NCBI GenBank assembly: GCA_963704885.1 | Contig: CAVPIB010000004.1 | Coordinates: 224,001 to 288,000 of the forward strand | DNA from: an uncultured Actinomycetes bacterium | Lineage (GTDB): Bacteria; Actinomycetota; UBA4738; HRBIN12 | Reading direction: 5' to 3' | Length of the DNA stretch: 64,000 bases | Shown: one piece after another, positions 55,055 through 64,000 of the stretch | How the letters are laid out: each line of letters begins with the position of its first letter | How positions within the stretch are numbered: position 1 is the first letter of the stretch | Notes under the pieces: generated by a model | Told to the model about the DNA's origin: nothing | What the model saw: only the letters and a program-made list of their open reading frames with translations | Databases searched by the model: none | Program-made: the position numbers and the translations under genes

Positions 55055-55999
55055 TCATCTCCCTCCGTTCGGCCCGCGACGCGCGCGGGGATGCGACGAG
55101 TAGTACACCTCACGCAGGTGCTCCTTGGTCACCAACGTGTATATCTGCGTGGTCGCGACACTTGCATGGCCGAGGAGCTCCTGCACAACTCGAACGTCCG
55201 CTCCACCCTCCAAGAGGTGCGTCGCGAACGAATGCCGCAACGTATGAAGCGTAACGCGCCGACCGATGCCCGCGGCCGTCACATGGGTCGAGAGCAGTCG
55301 CGCGCAGCTCTGCCGGGTCAGACGCCCGCCCCTTGTGTTCAGGAACAAGGCCGCGCGGCTCGCGCGTGACGCGAATTCCGGCCGGGAACGGCTGAGGTAG
55401 GCACCCACCGCCTCCCGAGCCATCTTGCCTACGGGGACCTCGCGCTCCTTTCCGCCCTTTCCCAAGACGCGGACGGAGCCCTCCTCCAGATCGATGTCGT
55501 CCACATCCAGCCCGACGAGCTCTGAGATCCGGAGCCCCGCTCCGTAGAGGAGCTCCAGGATCGCCCGGTCGCGAAGGCCGGCTGAAGTCCGGGGATGTGG
55601 TGACTCGAGCAGGCGGATGATCTCACCCAGCGGGAGGGGATGCGGCAACGACCGGGGCAGCTTGGGCTGCGTCACCGCCGAGGCAGGATCGCGATCTGCC
55701 CCGCCCTCTCGCAGGATGAAGCGATGGAACGACCGAACCGAGGATGAGGCTCGGGCGACCGAACGGGCGCTGTAGGGACGCTCATCCTTCCCCCAGGTCG
55801 AGGCTGAGACCGAGGCGACGAACGAACGAACCGTCGACGGCTCGACCTCACCGGGCGTACGCACCTCGCGGGCGGTGCAGAACGCCACGTACCGACGCAG
55901 GTCCCTGCGATAGGCGGCGAGCGTGTTCGGAGACAAGCCCCGCTCCACCGTGAGGTGATCCAGGTACCGATCGAGCCACGTCGCCAAAGGATCCGCCAT
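55055..55999 (-). CDS. xerD: Tyrosine recombinase XerD
   Basis: [49 protein letters not shown]...TTQIY; core synteny pyrG-nudix-ald-xerD. Confidence 0.93.
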   Translation of the reverse strand: MADPLATWLDRYLDHLTVERGLSPNTLAAYRRDLRRYVAFCTAREVRTPGEVEPSTVRSFVASVSASTWGKDERPYSARSVARASSSVRSFHRFILREGGADRDPASAVTQPKLPRSLPHPLPLGEIIRLLESPHPRTSAGLRDRAILELLYGAGLRISELVGLDVDDIDLEEGSVRVLGKGGKEREVPVGKMAREAVGAYLSRSRPEFASRASRAALFLNTRGGRLTRQSCARLLSTHVTAAGIGRRVTLHTLRHSFATHLLEGGADVRVVQELLGHASVATTQIYTLVTKEHLREVYYSSHPRARRGPNGGR

Positions 56000-56018
56000 G
56001 GCTCCGCCCCGCCGACGG

Positions 56019-57143
56019 TCAGCCGAGCCCGTCGACCAGCGTGGCGAGCGAGGTGAACGGAAGCCCGTGAGCCTGGGCGACCGGAGCGTTCGTCACGTGC
56101 CCGCCGTAGGCGTTCACGCCCAAGGCGAGCGCCGCGTCCGCACGGATGGCATCCTCCAGACCCAGGTTCGCGATCTCTATCGCGTATGGGGTCGTCACGT
56201 TCGTGAGCGCGTATGTCGAGGTCCTTGGCACAGCTCCCGGCATGTTGCCGACGCAGTAGTGGACGACGTCGTGACGTACGAACGTGGGATCGGAGTGGGT
56301 GGTCACGTGCGAGGTCTCGAAGCACCCGCCTTGATCGATCGAGATATCCACGACCACCGAACCGGCGGGCATCGCGGCGACCATCGCCTCCGTCACCAAG
56401 TGAGGCGCCTTGGCACCCGGAACCAGGACCGCTCCGATCACCAGGTCCGCGCTCGTGATCAACTGCTCCACGGCCAGGCGGCTGGACATCACGGTGAGTA
56501 TCCGTCCGCGCCAGATCTGATCCACGAAGCGCAGCCGTTCCACGTTCTTGTCCACGATGGCGACCTCGGCTTCCATCCCCGCCGCGATCCACGCCGCGTT
56601 GGTGCCGGCCATGCCGGCCCCCAGGACCACGACACGTGCAGGGGCCACGCCGGACGCCCCGCCCATCAACACGCCACGTCCTCCCTTCGGCCGTTCCAGG
56701 TTGGTGGCCCCACAGTGAGGGGCCATACGCCCGGCGATCTCAGACATGGGCGCGAGGAGCGGTAGGCGGCCGTCGCCGGTCTGGACCGTCTCGTATGCCA
56801 CGGCCGCGATCCGGCGATCGAGCAGGAATCGGGTCAGCACCTCGTCGGCGGCGAGATGCAGGTAGGTGAACAGGGTCTGACCCTCTCGTAAGCGGTCGTA
56901 CTCGGCGGGCTGCGGTTCTTTGACCTTCATGATCATGTCCGCCGCCGCGAAGACCGCGTCTGCGTCGGCCAGGATCTCGGCGCCTGCGGAGGCGAACTCC
57001 CCGTCCGATAGGGAGGAGCCTTCGCCGGCGCCGGATTCCACCACCACCCGATGGCCGGCGTGCACCAGCTCGCGAACACCCTCCGGGGTGGCTGCCACCC
57101 GGTTCTCGTTGTCCTTGACCTCGGTCGGGATCCCTACGATCAT
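56019..57143 (-). CDS. ald: Alanine dehydrogenase
   Basis: [38 protein letters not shown]. Confidence 0.96.
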   Translation of the reverse strand: MIVGIPTEVKDNENRVAATPEGVRELVHAGHRVVVESGAGEGSSLSDGEFASAGAEILADADAVFAAADMIMKVKEPQPAEYDRLREGQTLFTYLHLAADEVLTRFLLDRRIAAVAYETVQTGDGRLPLLAPMSEIAGRMAPHCGATNLERPKGGRGVLMGGASGVAPARVVVLGAGMAGTNAAWIAAGMEAEVAIVDKNVERLRFVDQIWRGRILTVMSSRLAVEQLITSADLVIGAVLVPGAKAPHLVTEAMVAAMPAGSVVVDISIDQGGCFETSHVTTHSDPTFVRHDVVHYCVGNMPGAVPRTSTYALTNVTTPYAIEIANLGLEDAIRADAALALGVNAYGGHVTNAPVAQAHGLPFTSLATLVDGLG

Positions 57144-57199
57144 CCGTGCCCCTTGCGCTCCTGGGGAAGCCTACCCGAGCCTCATTCGAGCCCTGTCGC

Positions 57200-57715
57200 T
57201 CACGGGAGCGCAGGCCGTCCGTCGGCCAGTAGAAGGGCGAGGGCGGTCTTGGCGTCACGGACTCGACCGGCTCGCGCCGAGGAGACCATCTGGCCGAACG
57301 GCACCCGGCTCACCTCGATCCCCTGCTCCGCGGGGGCATCCGGTTCCGCGTTCGTCCGCGCCCAGAACAGGTGTACGTACTCATCGGTGAAGCCTGCCGA
57401 CGAGTAGTAGCCACCAAGGAACTCGATGGTTCGATGCCTGAATCCGGTCTCCTCGAAGAGCTCTCGACCGGCGCAGGTGAGTGCGTCTTCTCCGTCGACG
57501 TCCAGCAGCCCCGCGGGGATCTCGGTCAGCGGCTGACGGATCGCGGGCCGGAACTGCTTCACCAAGAGTACGTCGTCATCCGGCGTGATCGGCAGAACCG
57601 CGGCTGCTCCCGGGTGATGGACGACCTCGTACGGAGGATGTCCTTCCCAGTCCTCGACGTCCAAACGAACGACTCTCCCCCGGAACGCCGACTGGCTCCC
57701 TCGGGGCTCGGCCAT
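57200..57715 (-). CDS. NUDIX hydrolase (ADP-ribose pyrophosphatase-like)
   Basis: HPGA, QFR, EIPAGLLD...RELFEETG. Confidence 0.9.
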   Translation of the reverse strand: MAEPRGSQSAFRGRVVRLDVEDWEGHPPYEVVHHPGAAAVLPITPDDDVLLVKQFRPAIRQPLTEIPAGLLDVDGEDALTCAGRELFEETGFRHRTIEFLGGYYSSAGFTDEYVHLFWARTNAEPDAPAEQGIEVSRVPFGQMVSSARAGRVRDAKTALALLLADGRPALP

Positions 57716-57727
57716 CGGCGCTACGAC

Positions 57728-59404
<1,677 letters not shown>

Positions 59405-59443
59405 CTAGATCGAGTCGCGAACTTCCCTTCCTGCTCAGTTCGT

Positions 59444-60184
59444 TCAATCCGGGAGCCTTCCCAGCCGGTCGAACCATCGCAGCGCCGACACCGCGTCGAT
59501 GGGGCGGGACAGCGTCAGCGTGTCCGCCAAGACGTTGAGCGTGACCGCCGCCAACGCCGCGACCACCAGCCACGCGCCCGTGAGCACCGCAAACAGGCCG
59601 AGCCCGATGCTGAAGCCAAGGAGGTTGGCACCGCCGTCTCCCAGCATCGCGCGCTCGCGAAGGTCGGGCCACAGAGCGAGCAGGGACCCGGCCGCCATAC
59701 CTGGCAGGGTGGGTATCAGCCAGATCGGGGCAGATGCGACGCCCAGCATGGCGACGAGCCCAAACTTGAGCGCCCGGCCCGGACGCACGTCGAGCCCGTT
59801 CCAAAGGTTCGCACAGCCGGCCACGAGGATGACGCCGGCGATACCGCCCACTCCCTTCGTTCCACCCAGGAGCGTCACCGAAACGATCGCGGCCGCGGCC
59901 ACCACGACGAGCTTCGCGATGCCGGTCGTCACGCGTCCTGACAACAGGGCCGAGAGATGGTTACGAACACCTCTGGTCGCATCCGGAGACAGGTCGTCCA
60001 CGAGGCCGGCGCAGAAGACCGCTAGAGATGCGGCAGCTACTCCCCATCCTGCGCGACCAACGGCTGGGGTCGCGGTGATGGCGGCGACCGCGACGGAGGC
60101 CGCCGCGCAGGCCACCAAGAGGATCCCGAGCGTGCGAGGCACCATGGCGCCTCGATGGTTCGCGACCGACAGCCGGATCCTCAC
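59444..60184 (-). CDS. MraY/WecA-like (GT4) membrane protein
   Basis: GLVDD, NLWNGLDVRPGRALK, MLGDGGAN. Confidence 0.75.
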   Translation of the reverse strand: MRIRLSVANHRGAMVPRTLGILLVACAAASVAVAAITATPAVGRAGWGVAAASLAVFCAGLVDDLSPDATRGVRNHLSALLSGRVTTGIAKLVVVAAAAIVSVTLLGGTKGVGGIAGVILVAGCANLWNGLDVRPGRALKFGLVAMLGVASAPIWLIPTLPGMAAGSLLALWPDLRERAMLGDGGANLLGFSIGLGLFAVLTGAWLVVAALAAVTLNVLADTLTLSRPIDAVSALRWFDRLGRLPD

Positions 60185-60867
60185 CGTGGTCGCGCCACGC
60201 GGACCAGGGCAGCTCGGGCGATCTGCACACCCTGGCTACCTCGATGCAAGAAGCCCCTCAGGGTCCGCCGGGTCGCCCGGTGCGTGAGTCCCGGCACCGG
60301 TACCTCGACAACGCGGAAGCCCGCCCGCACCGCATCGATCGTCATGGCCGTCTCGACGCCGAAACCGCCAGCCAGCGGTCGGACGGCGGCAAGGCAGGCC
60401 GCTGTGATCGCCCTTTGACCCGACAGCGGTTGCTCTGCTTCGAACCCCGACAACCGGTAGATCGCCAAGGCTGCTGCGCGTTTGACCGTGCCGAGGCCGC
60501 CCCCTCCTTGCGGGGGGAGCAACGCCACGGCCAGATCGGCACGCCCGTCCTTGACCACTTCGACGACGACACGAAGACCCTCCGCGCTCCCTCCGAGGTC
60601 GGCGTCGGCGAACAGCCAAACGTCTGCCGGAGGGAGCCGCCGCAGGGCTCCCTCCATGGCTCCCCCTTTGCCGATGCCACCCGGGATCCGTAGCACGCTA
60701 GCCCCAGCAGCGAGCGCCTCCGCCGCGGTGTTGTCCGACGATCCGTCATCGACCACCACGATCTCGGCCGGCCCCCAACGGGCGATGGCCAGGACGGTTC
60801 GCCGGATGGTGGCCTCCTCGTCGCGGGCCGCGATCAACGCGACGACCCTCGGTCCCTCCGATGTCAT
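60181..60867 (-). CDS. Glycosyltransferase family 2
   Basis: ARDEE, VVDDGSSD, GKG.A, DAD, LSGQRA. Confidence 0.88.
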   Translation of the reverse strand: MTSEGPRVVALIAARDEEATIRRTVLAIARWGPAEIVVVDDGSSDNTAAEALAAGASVLRIPGGIGKGGAMEGALRRLPPADVWLFADADLGGSAEGLRVVVEVVKDGRADLAVALLPPQGGGGLGTVKRAAALAIYRLSGFEAEQPLSGQRAITAACLAAVRPLAGGFGVETAMTIDAVRAGFRVVEVPVPGLTHRATRRTLRGFLHRGSQGVQIARAALVRVARPR

Positions 60868-61796
60868 ATCGGCTGCGGCAGCAGGCGCGTGGCACCCGGC
60901 TTCACGCCGTAGTCGCCTCCCGTCCCTAGCACGATCGCCGAACGCAATCCGAGCGCCATGGCCGAGGCGCCGACCGGCCGGTCGACGTTGTCGACGGTCA
61001 CGATCGGATCCGACGAAGCATCGAGCACCGAGCGGACCGCCAACATGAAGCCGTCGTCCGCGTCCAGGCTCTCGCCGACGCCCTCGACGACCTCGAGAGC
61101 GGCTAGTTCCTCCACCAGCGGCACCATGAAGTCGATCGAAGCCGGGGACAGCTCGCCGCTCGCTCCGCCGACCACCACGACCAACTGACCCCGCCCTCCG
61201 ATCTCGCCGAGCGTTGCGTCCCTTATCTCGGGAGCCGACGCCGTGAGGAACCCCTGCGAAAGCATCTCGCCCAACAGGTCCACCCCGCTGGGATCAAGGG
61301 CCGGATCGGTCGCCAGCCGGCCCGCCAGCGCACCTCCGGCCGCGGCCGTCAGGGCTTGAGCAGGGGTGTCGTCCGGTAGCGACAGGATGGCCGCCAGGTC
61401 ACGTTCGGCACTCGGCGTCTGGGCGGCCATGGTGGGCTGCACGGTGAGGGTCGTGATCACGTTCGCCCCGGCCAGGTCCAACGCCATCCGGGTCTCCGCG
61501 GAAGCGCCGCCGTCCACTCCCTCCTGAGTGACCACGATCACTTGGACGCCGATCAGCGTCGAATCGACCAGGTACGGCATCGCCTGCTCCGCGAAAGCGT
61601 TCATCCTCGCGAGCTCATCCTGATGCTCCTGATCGGCACCACGCAGCTCGTCAAGACGCGCAGTTAGGTCCGTCGTCTGCGACCTCAAACTGCGCACGAG
61701 GTTGTCGTTGAGCACCGTGGTGCCGGTCAGCACGCCCAGGCCGAAGGCCAAGAACACGGCGACGATCGAGATCAGGTGGTAGCGCCACGAGATCAC
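60864..61796 (-). CDS. SteB/MctB (DUF3186) family protein
   Basis: ISWRYHLISIVAVFLAFGLG, TVDNVD, GDYG; follows steA. Confidence 0.85.
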   Translation of the reverse strand: MISWRYHLISIVAVFLAFGLGVLTGTTVLNDNLVRSLRSQTTDLTARLDELRGADQEHQDELARMNAFAEQAMPYLVDSTLIGVQVIVVTQEGVDGGASAETRMALDLAGANVITTLTVQPTMAAQTPSAERDLAAILSLPDDTPAQALTAAAGGALAGRLATDPALDPSGVDLLGEMLSQGFLTASAPEIRDATLGEIGGRGQLVVVVGGASGELSPASIDFMVPLVEELAALEVVEGVGESLDADDGFMLAVRSVLDASSDPIVTVDNVDRPVGASAMALGLRSAIVLGTGGDYGVKPGATRLLPQPI

Positions 61797-63010
61797 AGCA
61801 GTTCCTTGACGTGGAACAGCCATTGCCGTACCTGTTCCACGAGCAGATCCCAGTAGAGCCGCAGCGACGGTGAGAACCACACCACCACGAACATCGCGAA
61901 CAGCGCCGAGCCAACCAGCAGGAGGGTATCGAGGGCCCGGAAACCGCGCCCCTGATAGATGCGCGACACACCTTTGGCATCGACGAGCGTCTCTCCCACA
62001 CGCAGACGCACCAGGAAGGTGCTCGCCATGCCGCCTCTGCCCTTGTCGAGGAACTCGCGAAGGTTCCCGTGGGTGCCTACGGCCACGATCAGATCTGCCC
62101 GCTTCTCGTGCGCCAACAGGAAGGCCACATCCTCGCTCGTGCCCGCCGACCTCACCACCACGAACGGAACGCCCAGGGTCTCCAGTCGCTCAGCTCCCGG
62201 GGCACGCCCGTCCGAGTAGGCGTGAACGATGAGCTCGGTCGGTTGGCGTCGACGTCTTGACCTCAAGGCCAACTCCAGAGCCCGGTCCGACACGCTGTCC
62301 ATATCACCCAAGATCAGATCGGGGGTGTACCCCTCGTCAAGGAGGGCGTCGGCGCCTCCATCGACCCCCAACAGAACCGGGCGTACATCGCCTATATAGC
62401 CGCGCAGTGCGGCCAGGTCCTCCCGATAGCTGTACCCACGAACCACGACCAACACCGGACGGCCCGCCATCGTGTGGCGGATGTCTGGGAGTCCCGATCC
62501 CCCGAAGAGCATGTCCCGCTCCTCGTGCATGTAGGTCAGGGTGTTGCGCGCGAAGCTCGCGAAGCTCTCTTCGACCGCCTCGTCGGCATCCTCCATGGCT
62601 TGCAGGATGGACGCCTCGGTCTGGCGAACGCCCACGGCGACCAGACCATCCCCGACGTAGATACGGTCACCATCCAGTCGCAGGACGTCGCCTTCGCGAA
62701 CCTTGTCCAGCAGCAATGGCCCGACCCTGTCGATCAAGGGGATCCCCGCTTCGCCCAGGATCAACGGCCCCAGATTGGGGTATCGCCCACTGATGGAGGC
62801 GGCCGCATTCAGGACGGCCGAGACCCCAGCGTCCACCAGTGCCTCCGCGGCGACGCGATCCAGATCCTCGTGGTCGATCACCGCCACGTCCCCCGGCCCT
62901 GCACGCGGGACCAGATCCTTCGTTCGCCGATCCACCCGTGCGATGCCGGCCGTCTGGCGCCCTCGGCGCGATGGACGTCGTCGCAGACCTCGAGTCCTGG
63001 GCGTTGACGT
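61793..63010 (-). CDS. steA: SteA-like septation protein (thiamine pyrophosphokinase-like); start uncertain (ACG 63010 or GTG 62935)
   Basis: DRRTKDL, DHEDLD, SGRYPNLGP, GVDGGAD, GDMDS, GMASTFL. Confidence 0.85.
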   Translation of the reverse strand, partial: TSTPRTRGLRRRPSRRGRQTAGIARVDRRTKDLVPRAGPGDVAVIDHEDLDRVAAEALVDAGVSAVLNAAASISGRYPNLGPLILGEAGIPLIDRVGPLLLDKVREGDVLRLDGDRIYVGDGLVAVGVRQTEASILQAMEDADEAVEESFASFARNTLTYMHEERDMLFGGSGLPDIRHTMAGRPVLVVVRGYSYREDLAALRGYIGDVRPVLLGVDGGADALLDEGYTPDLILGDMDSVSDRALELALRSRRRRQPTELIVHAYSDGRAPGAERLETLGVPFVVVRSAGTSEDVAFLLAHEKRADLIVAVGTHGNLREFLDKGRGGMASTFLVRLRVGETLVDAKGVSRIYQGRGFRALDTLLLVGSALFAMFVVVWFSPSLRLYWDLLVEQVRQWLFHVKELL

Positions 63011-63119
63011 GTGCGGTCCCTCCTCGGCGGGTTCAGCTGGCGATCCCGCCCGCCGCGGGTCACCACGCAGGGTAGCCGACCTTCAACCGAATCGCCTGGA
63101 GGGCTCAGGGAGGTCCAGC

Positions 63120-64000
63120 TCAGATAGGTCCGGCCCTGGAGGACGAGGCTGCCGCCAACAGCTCCTCCGCGTGCGTGACGGCTCCCTCGCTCCCCGTGAG
63201 CCCGGCGAGCATCCTCGACAGCTCCTGGACGCGCTCGTCGTCTGACAGGACGCGCAGGTGAGCCTTGCCAGCCTGTTTGGCCACCACGATGTGCCTGTCG
63301 GCGAAGCAAGCGATCTGCGGTAGATGCGTCACGACCAGGACCTGGCGCCCACAGGCCAGACGCGCCAGCCGGCGGCCGACCGCCAGCCCCGCTTCGCCTC
63401 CGATCCCCGCGTCCACCTCGTCGAAGACGAGCGTCGGCACCTCATCCACGTCGGCCAGGACGCTCCGGCACGCGAGCATGGTCCTGGACAACTCGCCCCC
63501 GGAGGCGGCCTTCGCCAGCGGCGCGAGTCGCTGTCCCGTCGAGGGCGCCAGTCGGAGCTCGACCCGTTCCTCGCCGGCGGGTCCCGGGTCGGTCGTCTCC
63601 AGCCACACTTCGACCACTGCGCCGGGCATCCCGAGCTCGTGCAACTCCCGCTCCAGGGCTTCCGCCAATCCTGGCGCCGCCCTCGTGCGCCCAGCCGTGA
63701 CCGCCGATGCGCGATCCTCGAGCTCGTTCGTGAGGTGATCGACCTCGCTGGTCAACTCCGCCAGTCGTTCGTCCGCCGTCGCGAGCGTCGCGAGTCGCTC
63801 TGACGCGAGGCCGAGGAAGGCCCGCACTTCGTCGTCGGTGGCCCCGTACTTGCGTTGGAGACCCTTCAGGGCGGCCAGGCGTTCGCGAACCCCCTGGAGT
63901 GCGTCCGGATCGACGACCAGCGACTCGCGATAGGCCCGCACGTCACGGGCTAGCTCGGAGAGCTCAGCCGCGGATCCACGAGCGCGTCCCCCCAGAGGCG
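63120..64000 (-). CDS. recN: DNA repair protein RecN, C-terminal part (truncated by the window edge)
   Basis: ASGGELSR, FDEVDAGIGG, VTHLPQIA, ELSRML. Confidence 0.95.
   Translation of the reverse strand, partial: PLGGRARGSAAELSELARDVRAYRESLVVDPDALQGVRERLAALKGLQRKYGATDDEVRAFLGLASERLATLATADERLAELTSEVDHLTNELEDRASAVTAGRTRAAPGLAEALERELHELGMPGAVVEVWLETTDPGPAGEERVELRLAPSTGQRLAPLAKAASGGELSRTMLACRSVLADVDEVPTLVFDEVDAGIGGEAGLAVGRRLARLACGRQVLVVTHLPQIACFADRHIVVAKQAGKAHLRVLSDDERVQELSRMLAGLTGSEGAVTHAEELLAAASSSRAGPI

Noticed and set aside
55055-55999. Tyrosine recombinase as a mobile-element integrase
   Set aside because: Sequence and pyrG-nudix-ald-xerD synteny fit housekeeping XerD; no duplicated tRNA end or att sites.

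Overview
High-GC Actinomycetota chromosome segment, probably from a deep-branching lineage, made up almost entirely of core genes and spanning the replication terminus. A dif-like site at 33828-33855 sits exactly where gene orientation flips from mostly + to mostly -. Left arm: amidohydrolase, two tandem DmdA/GcvT-like genes, htrA, ttuB-ttuA-trmI, a complete Pup-proteasome locus (arc, dop, pup, prcB, prcA, pafA, pafBC), tatA/B-tatC, helY, cysS and an lnt-ppm1 fusion. Right arm: gcvPB/PA, a garA-MerR cluster, gcvH, tRNA-Pro, der-cmk-aroA-tyrA-aroH, rluB-scpB-scpA-trpS, pdp-deoB, xerD, ald, pyrG, steAB and recN. The most unusual element is a stand-alone, thumb-less ~245-aa reverse transcriptase (28621-29358) of UG/Abi-like type. 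It lies divergent from an Lrp regulator, has an RBS-occluding leader hairpin and is flanked by two structured intergenic RNA candidates. Other notable signals: a perfect parS-type palindrome inside an in-frame insertion in aroA near the terminus, a 21-bp motif in inverted orientation on either side of dif, three FliA/WhiG-type promoters, a pseudo-protease and a frameshifted hpt. All calls come from motif recognition by eye; no database searches were run.
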